Position numbers and translations under genes: made by a program. The notes under the pieces are model-generated. The model had not been told where the DNA came from, made no database searches, and was given only the letters and a program-made list of their open reading frames with translations. Shown piece after piece: positions 35,393 to 48,629 of a stretch of 64,000 nucleotides of DNA. Position 1 is the stretch's first letter. Every line of letters begins with the position of its first letter. Source of the DNA: Piromyces finnis finn (lineage: Eukaryota > Fungi > Neocallimastigomycota); contig MCFH01000026.1 in assembly GCA_002104945.1 (NCBI GenBank), forward strand, positions 496,001-560,000, written 5' to 3'.

Positions 35393-35922
35393 TTCCGAGT
35401 GCATTTCTCCCATCGATCAGAGTTAGCTCCAATGGTGGTTCTTAGAGAAACGTTGGCTCATTCCTATTGCTAGGTGGTTGTGACCTCCTGGTCTGTCATA
35501 CTGTTTCTTCAGCTTCGACGCTCACTTAATCCATGTACATTAGATGCATGTCGTTGTACGATATTTCACAACTACAATGCTAAGCCTCTTATAGTCAATT
35601 TGATCACGTGTCAACCGCCCCTAATGTTTACACTTAAATTGATTAAGGAATATTATGTGTTTTTGGCATAGCCTAAGTCACCACTTATTAAGTTCTAATT
35701 TGGAATGTACCATGTACACTAGACCCTCTCAGGCCGGCTAGACGAGTGTTATTATCATAGTAGTAAATTAGAAAGTTCATTTATACTTACCTGAATATCA
35801 TAACCCAACCATGGCAAACCCAGTGGGAAAATCCACAGGCACTGACATCTGCGGGGTCGAACCAGAAGCCTTATGTATGCTAAGGAAACGCCTTAACAAC
35901 CAGGATAAAAACTGGAACGACC
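35363..35922 (-). mobile_element. tRNA-derived SINE, full-length copy 2
   Basis: Identical to 574-1110 apart from three 1-nt indels in C runs. T run 35363-35389. 13-bp TSD cttttaaaataaa at 35350-35362 and 35922-35934. Confidence 0.9.
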
Positions 35923-37299
35923 TTTTAAAATAAAATATTCTATTTGTTCTGGTGGAATAAATATGCTCCTGGCAAAAAATAACCAGAAATAAATGGATGC
36001 CTATTTTTCAGAGAATAGAAATAGATAAACTAATAAAACCTGTCAAAAAGGTTTTGTAAAAAAAATGTGTATTCCACTTTTTTTTTTTTTTTTTCCTCTA
36101 TAACTATAATTAATATTTAAAATAAAAAGAAATCCATTAAATTATCAATGTATTCCTTTGTTCTTTTTAAAAAAAAATCAATTCAATTTAATTGTAATTT
36201 AAATCAATGACAATTACTTTATTATAAACCATTTTAAAGTGTACTTTTTATTAATTACGATTTAAACTAATTTTTAAAAAGTATAAAAAAAAAAGAAACT
36301 TTAAAAGTAAAACTTAGATATTTAAAATTTTATTTTTTTAAATTACATTTGTTGGTAAGAATTAAACAAAAAAAAGGTTGTATTTTTTTAATAATTTTAA
36401 AATAAAACAGCATAACAATTTATAGAAATAAGTAATGACCATTTTTTTTTTTTTATTTATTAAATGTAAAATAAATCGTTCATGTTGAACTAACAAATTC
36501 ATTCAATTGCAAAAAAACATAAAACTACTGAATTAATAAAGATACAACATTTAATGCAAAGTTTTTTTTTTTTAAAAAAAAACTATCCGCCGATTAAAAA
36601 TATTAATGGACAATGAAAAAAAAAAAGTTTTTTAATAAAAACATTTATTCTTATTAAAGTATAATTTCTAGTTTTTCCTTAAATTTAAAATTTCCATAAT
36701 GACAAATCATTCCTTCCTTCATGAAAATGGCAAATAAATAAAATAGAGTTTGTTTATTTTATAATTCAATACTATAATAAAATTGATTTAATGGCTTCAT
36801 TAGCTATTAATATTATTTTATTTATTGTTACAACAACAACAATTATTCTATTTTTTAAAAAAAAATATATATATATTAAAATTTAATTGCAATGGCGTAT
36901 ATAAAAGATACCTTTGTCATATACAAAAGTTAATCTTGTGGATAAATAGTATAATTTGTATTTTTAAACATATCTCAAGAATTACGTTGAAATGAGGTAT
37001 AACAAAGATCTTTTTAAAACAAACTATTATAAAAGTCACACCTTTTATTAAAGTATCCACAAATACAATCCTTTTTTTTTTTTAAACAGATAATAGAAAA
37101 AAAAAAGTAAATAACAAAGTACATCAATTAATAAATAATAGTTGTATTATTGTATTATTGTATACTATTTGCGGCGGTAATTTTTCCTTGATAATCAACT
37201 CATAATTAATAATAGCTTTTTGGTAATATTTCTATGGATTGTACCTATTGACTAGATACAAATATAATTTCTATTAATATAATAATAATAATATAATAA

Positions 37300-37415
37300 T
37301 ATTATTATTATTTATTATTATTTATTATTATTTATTATTATTTATTATTATTTATTATTATTTATTATTATTTATTATTATTTATTATTTATTATTATTT
37401 ATTATTTATTATTAT
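37300..37415. repeat. (TTTATTATTA)n minisatellite
   Basis: A 10-nt unit repeated about nine times, degenerating at the right end. Confidence 0.8.
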
Positions 37416-40358
37416 TACTCTTATATATATAATTCTATATTTTTTTAATAAAAAATTTTTAAATAAAAAAAAATCTTGTCCGTTTTATTTTTTGTTCAAC
37501 TTAACCACTTTATATTTATATGTGATATTATATATTAAGAATATAATTTAATATATTGTTTATTGTATATAAAATAAATTACTAATTTAAATTTATTAAA
37601 TTTTTTTAAAAAAAAAATTGTTGTCCATCTTTCTCTATTTTTTTTTATTTTCAAAAAAATAAAAATGAATAGGGACGATTTTTACATAGAAATAAAAGTG
37701 GGAATATGAAAGTTATAGTATGACATTTTAAAGAGTTTTTTTTTTAAAAAAAAAAATATATATATGTGTGGAATCAAACAAATAAAGTAGTGTTATAAAG
37801 CTTTTTGTTTTACTTTGTTAAACTTTTATTATTTACCATCACAGCATTACGATTTAAATCAAATCAATATTTTTCATCTTTTCATCTATACCATTGTAAT
37901 ATTTTAAACCTCTTTTTTCTTTATATTATTAAAAAAAAAATAAAAATATTATTTCATAAAATGAATAATATTAAAATACATTAAAGATGATGTGTATAGC
38001 TGTTTAAACGTAAAATAATAAAGGGATAGGTCATTTGGGTTATAATAAAATAAAATTAAAAGACATTTAATTTAGTCAGTTATTATTACTAAAAGGTTTA
38101 TTAATTCTTACTATTTAGCAAATATATTTTTTAATTATTTAAAATAGTTTTTAATGATATTATTGTGTCCTTTCCATAATACGTACCATTTAATTGTTAT
38201 CATTAAATAAAATATTTTAAGAACTATGAATATTTATATGTATTTATCTATAGTGTAGCGGAAAAATAAGTAACCGTTGTTGTTTTTATCTTACTAAATA
38301 AAAACGTATTTCTTGGTAAAAAAAAATGTAATATATTAATAAATGATATTTAAATATATATATAAATTAAAAAAAAAAAATCTATATTCTACTACACATA
38401 AAATGTGACAATGTTTTTGAATTACTTTGAAAAATAATCCCACATTTTTATAAAAAAAAAAAAAAAAAAAACTGAAAAATAATAGGTTCATTATATATAA
38501 AGAATTTCTTGTGTTATTTAAAAAGTAATTCATTAATTCAAATTTTGAATATTGATATCAACCTATCCATTTATTATTATTTTAAAATACCATCAAATAA
38601 TCAATATAAGTTGACGTTGTAAAAGTAGATAGTGCATCAAAATATGCAAAGTAATAATATATAAAATATATATACCTATACTAAGAATAATTGCAAGAAA
38701 AAAAAAAAAAAGCATTTAAATTATACAACACTTTATTTAGTTGCAAATATTTAACCAAAAAAAAAAAAAGTATATAGTGTTAAATTTTAAATAGGTCTAT
38801 AATTCATGGTTTTAATCCCACCATCAACAAAGAAAATAACAATTATTTAATATTTAATTAGTACTACTGATTAATAAATGATAAAGAATATGGTTAGTCA
38901 ATCCCTTTATTGAAAATGTTTGAAAAAAAAGCTTCTCCTTTAAACAATTATAACATTCTTTTTTTTTTTTTTTACTTCATCTTTAAAATATTCCTATATT
39001 GTTAGGTATTAATAAATTAAATTAAAAAATGATAATATATTATCAATATATTAAATTATATTGAAAATGTAATTTTTTAAAGTTTTAATTTTTCTTGTCC
39101 CTCAAAAAAAATTGATTAATCGATTATTTAAAAAAAAAAAAAAGATTCAAGAAGGAAAAAAGTAAATGTTCAATTATAAACGAGATAGTATAAATATATT
39201 TATATTATATAAACAATATATGTTTAATAGCATTTGGTGAAAACAGAGGAATAAATGGTCTATTCACTATTAAAAAATGAGTGACAACTTTTTTTTTTTT
39301 TTATTATTGAAAAACTTTAAATGCAATTCATAGGAATATAATGGGCGACGATATTAAAATATTCATAATAGTAATTAAAAATATAGGTATATTGAATATA
39401 AAAATACTTTTAATTATTAAAAAAAAAATATATATATATATATATATATGTTTTAAAAAAAAAAAGATAAAGAAATTCTTTACTCTAGAAAATAAAACAA
39501 TATTTTATTTAAAAAAACAAGGTCATGTTTAAACTAAACCAGTCAAAGGATACATTTCTCTTTTTTTTTAAAAAAAAAAAATAAAAAAGAAATAAAAAAT
39601 TAGAATCAAAAGGAAACATTAAAATATCATAATACAAAAATTCTAAAATAAATTTGCATTAAATAACAAGGAATGGATTAAAATGTCTTTTTGTATTACT
39701 TTTTTTTTTTTTTTTTTTACTATTATTTTTGTAATAATTTTAAATACAAAAATGATATGACCTTTTTTTTTTTGTACACTTTTTTGGTTTTAAAAAAAAA
39801 TAAACGTATTTATTAAATGGTCTTTTTTGGTTTTTAATTAATTTAAAAATGCTAATGCCAATTTAAAAAATAAAGTGGTTTGTCCTAGCTTAGTGTTTCT
39901 CTTGCCATACCAAAATAGGTTATTCCTTTTACTTTAAAGTAGAAAGAGAAGGAGGATTTTTAAACTACATAAAAAAATAAAACATTTATTTGTATTTACA
40001 ATATGTAGAACGTTTGTAGATTATTGGTCAAATAATGATACAATAAAATAACCAATAAATTTTAAGTCATGGATGATACATAAATATATTGAAAATAGCT
40101 AAATTGAATGGAATGGCCAATTTTTTTTTTCATCCAAAGTATATTATTAATAGTAATGAGTCATTGTTTTTTTTTTTTTACAATATTTAATTATACCTTA
40201 AAAAAAAAAATAATTAAATTACATCCAAAAATATGATTTTAAATAATAAAAAAAATAATTTTCACAATAATATTATTATAATAAAATAATAATTATTTAT
40301 TAGATTTAATTATTATTTTTACTTTTAAAATATTTTTAAATTAATTATATTATAAAAA

Positions 40359-40574
40359 GTTGTCAGAAAGCAACCAAGTCCTTGCCGTATCAATGGAAAA
40401 GTTTGATAGGCACGATCTTCAAAGTGAAAACATTCATTTAAAAAACAAATGTAGTCACCACTTCCCGCTATGAACCGGTGCTATGTATCATCTTCCAACT
40501 TAGTAAATGTGTCTTGTTTGGAAAACAAAGACGGGAAACGTACTATATACATGATCCTGTAAAGTACGGTCGAT
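40359..40574 (-). ncRNA. U3 snoRNA
   Basis: The minus strand begins ATCGACCGTACTTTACAGGATCATGTATATAG (boxes A'/A), then box C' GATGA, box B AGCGGGAAG, box C TGAAGATC and box D CTGA with terminal stem GTTG/CAAC. About 216 nt, a GC-richer island. Confidence 0.85.
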
Positions 40575-40936
40575 AAAGATTAATAAGGTCACCAAAGTTT
40601 TCATGTTATATAGTTAATTAATTTTAATATTTTTCTATATTTTTAGTGAATTATTTTTAAAGTTATTTGATTGGCTGCTTTAGAATTCTTAACTTTTAAA
40701 TTTCATAATAATAAAATATAAAACATTATTGATATACGTATTAAACTACGTATAAGAAAAATGTATCATGTAATATTGAATAATAAATAATATTATAAAA
40801 ATTTATAATATATATATATATTTTTTTTTTTTGATTAAAATTAAAATCAGTAATAAAATTAATAAAAAAAAAAGAAAAAAAAAAAAAATTGTAAAAAAAT
40901 ATTAATTACTTTAAAAGTGTTTCAATTCATTAAATA

Positions 40937-42683
40937 ATGAATAAAGCTACATTCTCAATATTTTCAGCTTTATTAGCTGACTATATTATGGTTACTATTA
41001 TTGTACCAATTATTAACGATTTATTTAAAATTGACTATGGGAAAATTGATGAATTTAAAGTTGGTTTTGTATATTCAATGAAAGGTATTTCTTTTTCCAT
41101 TATTAATATTATTATTTAAAAATAAATTTTAAAGAGTATAATAATTCAATAAGAAATATAATTAAATTCATTACAATGGATGCAAATATTATATAAACTA
41201 AGAAATGCAAATATAAAAAATGAAATGAAAATGAAATGTGGATTTTGAATTAATAATGAATTTCGAATTTCAAATTTAATACTATAAATATAATGTATTA
41301 TTATTTAATAGCAAAATATAAATGTTATGATAACATTAATAATATGAGTTTGAAGAACAATAATATCTAATTTTATATTTAAATTTCAAAAATGAAAATT
41401 AATTTATATATATATACATTCTTTTTAATTTTATATTATTCTCCAAATTTTACATGTAAATTTAAATTGACATTAAAGGTTTATCTCAATTATGTACTGG
41501 TTTACTAATTGGTAGAATTTCAGATAAATTGCAATTAAAAACTATGACACAATTAGGTATAAAATGAAATTTAAAAATTGTTTAATTAATAGCAAAATTA
41601 TATGTATATTATATAAATTATATTTATATTTAAGTATAAATTAAATTTTATGTATATATATGGATAAAAAAAAAAAGGTTTACTATCTGACTTATTAGCC
41701 TCCTTAATATATATTTTCGGAAGAAAATTTCCATGTTATTTATTAGCAAGAATGTTTCATGGTATTGGTAGTTCACTAATTGCTTCTTCAAGCTTCTCAC
41801 TTCTTGCAAATCAATATAAAACAGATAAAGAAAGAGGAGAAATAATGTCAAAGGTATATTGAATATTTTTAAAGATAATAATAATAATAATATATGTATG
41901 TATATTTATAATGGAATATTCTTTTATGTATCTTAAATTTTAATTTTTATAAAATATTTTACATGCTTAATACTTTATTAAAAATAAAAAATAAAATGCT
42001 ATAAAAAGGCTGGAAGTGGCATAGCTTGTGGTGTATTATGTGGTCCTGTTGTTGGTGGTTTATTGTACTCTGTAAGTTAAATACACATATAAAAATTTAA
42101 GATTCATAATAATATAAAATAATATTAATCAAATAATAAAAAAAATAAAATAAAAAATATATATATTAAGCTTGGTGAAAAAATGGGTTTAGGAAATTTT
42201 GCTCGTCTTATTCCTTTTGCATGTTGTAGTTTAGCTGATTTATTATCTATTTGCGCAGTTCATTTCTTTATTAATTCACCTTACCGTTTAAAAAAGAAGC
42301 ATAATCATCGTTCCTTGGAAGAAGAAAAATCAACTAATAAAAATAATAAAAGTTCATTGTCACCTATTACTAAAAATTTATCCAATTTTGAAATTTTAAA
42401 ATATATACCAATTTTCGCTTTAGTATATTTAAGTTTCGCTGGTAATCTTCAAACAGCCTATATTGAACCTATTCTTCCTAATTATTGGATGAAATTAACT
42501 GATAATAATTGGAACACTTTTAAATCTGGTATTCTTTTTGCATTTTCACCACTTTCCTATACTATCCTCATGCCTATATTAGGAAAATATGGATATAAAA
42601 TTGGTCGTCATAATGTTATTTTGATTGGAATGCTTGTTATTAGTTCAATTAGTTTGGTAATTAAATATAATTTTAGGAAATCA

Positions 42684-42714
<31 letters not shown>

Positions 42715-43655
42715 AAAAAAATACAGTATAATCTTTTCCTATAAAAAATATAAAAAAAAACATCATACTATCTAGATGTAAAATAATAATTAATGAATTC
42801 TAATTACTCAATAATTTTATATATATATATATATATTAAAATGATTATTTATATATTTATATATATAATCAATAGATTATATTACCATCGAAAAAAACTA
42901 TATATTTATCCGCAATATTTTTATTTTTAATGGGATGTGGTAGTGGTGCCATTGATGCTTCTCTTCAACCAATGTTGGCACAAGCCTACGATAATTTATT
43001 AGAAAGAAAACAAATAGAAAAAGAAAAAAATAAAATAAAAAATTCTGATAATACCATAGATTCATTATCATTAAATGAAAACGAAAGTAGTATTAAATTA
43101 AATATTGATTCAATAAAAAATGATTCGATAACAAATGATTCCTCAAGTATTCATAGAGATATAGGTGATCATAATACCCCAGAAAATAATATGAAAATAA
43201 ATAATGAAAATAATAATGAAAATGAAAACGATAATGAAAATGATAATGAAGAAGAAAGTGAAGAAGCTCATAATAAATATACTAGAGTATTTTCACTGGG
43301 AAATATGGCTATGAATATTGGATTTATTACAGGTAAATTTAATGTATTAAAATAATATATATATATATATATATTAAAAAGATGTTGTTTTATTAGTAAT
43401 ATTTATGTTTTGTTTTGTTTTTAACAATTTTACCAATATTTTGATATATATAAAATAGGACCTATGCTCAGTTCATTTATTGTATCTTTAATTAAAGGTG
43501 AAGAACCAAATAAAAATCGTTTTAATTCATCCTTCTTTAAATGTTGTCTTATATTTACTATCTTTGGATGTTTATCAGCATTAGTAGCTATTATACCTGG
43601 TATGAAAAAATACCAAAGCAAAAAAAATACTAATGAATCAGAAAAGAGTATATAA
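40937..43655 (+). CDS. MFS transporter, SLC18/vesicular amine transporter-like (multi-exon)
   Basis: Exons encode LLADYIMVTIIVPII, GLLIGRISDK, LLARMFHGIGSSL..SLLANQY..ERGEIM, GPVVGGLLY, YIEPILPNYW, GAIDASLQPMLA and FSLGNMAMNIGFITGP. Confidence 0.85.
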
Positions 43656-46600
43656 ATACTATAACTAGATATTGTTATTATTAAAAATATATATATATAA
43701 AAATATAAAAATATTTCTAATTGTTTATTATTTATTTCATAAATTTTGTAAAAGTATTTAAATAAAATAAAAAATAAAAACTATTATATATAAATTATTT
43801 AAAAATAAAAATTTAATAAAATTTTTTGATATTTAGTAAATAATTAAGGGTTAGAGTAAAATGATTTTGAGGGTTAGAATTATAGTATAATAATCTAAAT
43901 TTTAACTTGTCAATAAATCTTGTTTTCTTTTAATAAATGTATTATTTATATTATGTAATCATAACATTATTACATATAAAATAAATGGATACAGAAGAGT
44001 TAACAACGCAAGAATTTATAATGAATTGAGTATAGAAATTGAAATATAAAAAGTAGCGTATTTTTATTTTATTATGCAATAATAAATAGTTTTTTTTTTT
44101 TCGAAAATTAACTTGTTTATAATTTTCATTTATTATAACAATATACTTTCATTATAATAATTTAAATATATTTAAATAATACATCCATTTTATTTATATT
44201 AGAAAAATCTTATTTACTGATTATTATAATACACATAAATAATAATAATAAATAAGCATAGATTTTTATTAATTTACTCAGGTATTCATTATATTGAAAT
44301 AAATATTTTAAAACTCAAATTGTTTGGTAAAAATACAAGTTTGAATGTATATTAATACATTTATTTTATTTTATTTTTTTTGTTTTATTAGGTTCTTACA
44401 AATGAAAAAAAAATTATATATAAAACAAATTTAAATATAATCAATATGCATTATATAGATTTTTATAATTGTATTAATAATTTATGTTATTTTTTTTAAA
44501 AAAATAATTACAAATAGTGATGCACAATGAATAAAAAATGAAATAACTTTATCCCCCATGATATTTATAAAAAATTAGGTGTATTAAAGATAATTTAATA
44601 TGTACTATTTAAAAATAAGATAGATCTTGGAAAAGATATTAATTTATTAAAAGGTTAGAATAAAAATATTATTTTTATTATTATTATTTTTTTTACTTTT
44701 TATATATTATATTATTATTTTGTATTTAACAATTAATACTTACACATATATATATATATATAAATAAAAATTATATATATATACATATAAAGAAACAAAT
44801 AGCAATAATTAATATACCTTTTATTTATTATAATTTATCTTTATGTATAATTAATTTAGTAGTTTCATTATTAAACATGTAAAACATTTTTTTTCTAGTT
44901 ATAACAGAACAAATCTTATAGATAATTAATATTTAAAAAAAAAAGAAAAAAAAGAAAAAAAAAAAACATTCTTATTAAATAATAATAAAAATATAAATAA
45001 CTATGGGTGTTATAAAAACAAAAATATTTATATTACTTTCATTTTTTTTAAAATTTTATATAAATAAAACTTTTAACTATTTATTTCGTGGTTTTTGAGT
45101 GCATTTATATAATTAGAAATCAAATATATATTATTATTAAATTATTTTTTTTTTGTATTATAAAAAGTAATAACCAATCTACTCTTAAATGCATTTATAT
45201 TTTTGAATATTGACCTTTATTTAAGTAATGAATAGTGAAAAATCAAAATATATTGAAAAAGTTAGATTGAATATAGATATATAGCTTATTGCATTGTTTA
45301 TTGACACATTGTTCAATAACCTAATATGAAAATGAAATATGTATTATGAATTATTATAGAAAGTTGACTTTGACCTTTTTATCTACTCTTAATTGAATGA
45401 TGCAAAAGTGAAAAAGAGAAAAGAAAAAAGAGAGAGAAAAAACTAAGTAGAAATAAAAAAAATACATAAAAATATAATAAAAGCATAAATCTATATTATT
45501 ATTTATATAAAGGGGTAAATTATATTTTTTTTTGAAATTATTGCAAATTATTTTTTATTTTATTTTTAATTTTTTTTTCAATTCAATTTTTAATACATTA
45601 TTAATATTTATTTATGTATCATGATTATTACATTGTCCATGTCACATGTTACATTATTTTTTTATGTTTTTCATTATCCTGAATTAAATGTATTGTCCAT
45701 AAAATCTTGGATAAAGTATTTTCTTTTATTCTTCCTTTATTCTGTAATTAAAGGGTAAGTAATTATTAAAGTTATATTAGCATTTACATATATTTTAATA
45801 TTTTAAAATCTTTTATCTGTAATATTTAAGAATATAAAGAACATAGTAATAGTATAATGTATAAAGTATAATATTTATTTTTTTTTTTTTTTTATTATTT
45901 AATATATAATAAATTTCTAAAAAGTTAAATATTTAATATTTATATTGTTATTATATTATCTATATAAAATTTTATAATTAAATATATATAATAAATATAA
46001 AAGAACCTTTATCCTTTTATAGAATTTTATTATGTAAATTATATATAAATATAAATATAAATATAAATATATTTGTTTAAAGACATTTGTAATGTAGTCT
46101 TTTTAAAGTCATTGAACTCTTAAGCTTAAGTATTAGAAATATGTAATTTGTAATATTTTATTTAAAAAGAGGTATTTTTCATAATATATAATTAATAAGT
46201 GTTAGATAATATCAAAATATTAAATAATATTAAATAGTATTATATATAAAAATAATATATAATATTATAAAGTTAATAAAGTACCATTTAATTAAATTAA
46301 AAAATGATTATTATTTTAGTGATTTAAATATAATTAATTATTATATTACATCACTATATTATACTATATTATACTATATTGGTTAAAGCATTATTATACA
46401 ATAATATTGTGTTTCTCTAAAAACAAACCTAATTTTCTTATTTTTTGTTTTTATTATATATTAACAAAAAATTTATTGGATAATAAATAGTGAATAAATA
46501 ATTATATATAATTATCTTTACATATATTTTAAATAAAAGAATATATATATAAATGTACATATTCCTATCTTTTTATTTTCGTTATTTAGCAATATATATA

Positions 46601-46760
46601 TTTTTGTTATTTACAATATTTATTTACTTATTTTTTTTGCATAGAATAAACAAACAAATAAACATACAATATAAATAAAAAGAATAATATTTGTAATACT
46701 AAATATAAATACTTTTATAATACAAATATTAGTAATATTTTTAAAAATAAAACAATTTTA

Positions 46761-48629
46761 ATGTCCACTACTTTATATTTTATTTTATTTTTTATTTTAT
46801 TCATTACTTTTTGTTTTAGTAGTAGCACTATGATTTATAAAACTTTTTTTAAAAATTTAAAGAGAAATCAATTTGAATATTTAAACTTTAATGGTTTAAA
46901 ATATTCAGAAATTAAATATATTATTAAAGTTACCTACTTGTTTTATAAAATGAAAGAGATGAAAAGAAATGACATTAAAAATAAATTCTTTTTATCTTTT
47001 CAAAACAAATTTAAGATAAGTATGAAAAAGCAAATTAATAATATATATTTAATTAAAAAATTTCAAAATTTAGAGGATTCTTATTCCTTAAAACATATGA
47101 AATTAAGGAAAGGAATTCAAAGAATAAAAAATAAAGAAAATAATTCTTTAAATAATAAAGAATATTTTCATTTAATTAAAAAAACTAAAGATAAGCATTT
47201 AATTCGAAAATCGTCGAAAAAATGCTTATTTAATATTAAAGATTTTATTACAAAAAAGGATATTAAAAACAATCAGAAAATATTCCTTGAATTTTGTAAT
47301 AATAAATATAGTTATATTAATTATAACTTTTTGAATAATAATGATCCAATTGTTGATTCCTTGGATCAAATTAAAGAAGAAAAAGAAGAAATAAGTTATG
47401 AAGAAAATGGTAATTATACCATTTTTAATATTCCTAATAATGAAAAAGTCGAAAAAGAAGAAGATATAAAAGAAGATATGAATGAAGAAAAGGTCGATAA
47501 AAAAGAATATGATAATGATGAAGAAATTGAAGAAATAAATGAAGAAATTGAAGAAATAAATGAAGAAATTGGAGATGATGGTACCATTATTTATGTTCCG
47601 GATGAAGAAGTTGATAAAGATAATGAAAGAGATGTCATACAAATTATTTTATCTCTTTTCAAAGATCGAATCAATGAAAAAGAAGAAGATGATGATAATG
47701 GAAAAGAAGAAGAAGAAGAAAAAGAAGAAAAAGAAGAAAAAGAGTATGATGGTGATGAAGAACAATCTAATGAAAATAATTATCTTGGAATTATTTCACA
47801 TGAATCAAAATCAAATGATCAAAGTATGGAAGAAGAAAGTAATAAATCATTAATTTTATTTTCAGAAGAAGAAGAAGAAGAAGAAGAAGAAAGAAAAGAA
47901 AAAGAAAGAAATGATGTAATGGAAGAAAGTGTTAATAATATTATTCCATTTTCTTTAAGTGATCAAATCGTTAAAGATGATGATAGAATTACAGCATTAT
48001 TTCAGTCACATCAAAACAACAATAACAACTACATTAATGAAGATGACAATAGTACAATTATTTTGAGTTCTGGAGAAGAAGAAGAAGAAGAAGAAGAAGA
48101 AAAAGAAGAAGATGAAAATGAAAAAGAAACATTTGAAAAAGAAGAAACAGAAGAAGAAGATTTTGAAGAAAAAATGAAAAGGAATACTTTTAATGAATTG
48201 GAATATTATTATACGAGTCCAATTGATTATACACCTTCCATTGAAAATATCGAAAACTTGCAAGAAAGAGTTAATCTATTAAATTGTAAACTAAAATTAT
48301 CCCAATATATATTACCGAATCTTGACAAGAAAAAGTATTTTATGAGGTTGACAGAAATTCAAGAAGCTATTATTTATATCAGATCAATTTACAGAAGGAA
48401 GAATAAGAAGATCCAAAAGTTAAAGAAAGAGACTGAAACAAATGCATTAGCAAGAAAGAGCACCAGAACTATAGGAAGAAAAGCCAAGAAAGTAGAAGTT
48501 CAAAGTTTAATTAATATAAATAAAATTAAAGCAAAGGAAGAAAAAAAATCTACCATAGATTTAATAATTAATAATATGAAAAGTTTAAAATTAAACAAGC
48601 AACGAAACATATTAAAAAATGAAATATAA
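46761..48629 (+). CDS. Orphan protein, basic-acidic-basic, copy 1
   Basis: 622-aa stop-free frame in very AT-rich DNA, preserved in all three units. No family recognised. Confidence 0.6.
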   Translation: MSTTLYFILFFILFITFCFSSSTMIYKTFFKNLKRNQFEYLNFNGLKYSEIKYIIKVTYLFYKMKEMKRNDIKNKFFLSFQNKFKISMKKQINNIYLIKKFQNLEDSYSLKHMKLRKGIQRIKNKENNSLNNKEYFHLIKKTKDKHLIRKSSKKCLFNIKDFITKKDIKNNQKIFLEFCNNKYSYINYNFLNNNDPIVDSLDQIKEEKEEISYEENGNYTIFNIPNNEKVEKEEDIKEDMNEEKVDKKEYDNDEEIEEINEEIEEINEEIGDDGTIIYVPDEEVDKDNERDVIQIILSLFKDRINEKEEDDDNGKEEEEEKEEKEEKEYDGDEEQSNENNYLGIISHESKSNDQSMEEESNKSLILFSEEEEEEEEERKEKERNDVMEESVNNIIPFSLSDQIVKDDDRITALFQSHQNNNNNYINEDDNSTIILSSGEEEEEEEEEKEEDENEKETFEKEETEEEDFEEKMKRNTFNELEYYYTSPIDYTPSIENIENLQERVNLLNCKLKLSQYILPNLDKKKYFMRLTEIQEAIIYIRSIYRRKNKKIQKLKKETETNALARKSTRTIGRKAKKVEVQSLININKIKAKEEKKSTIDLIINNMKSLKLNKQRNILKNEI

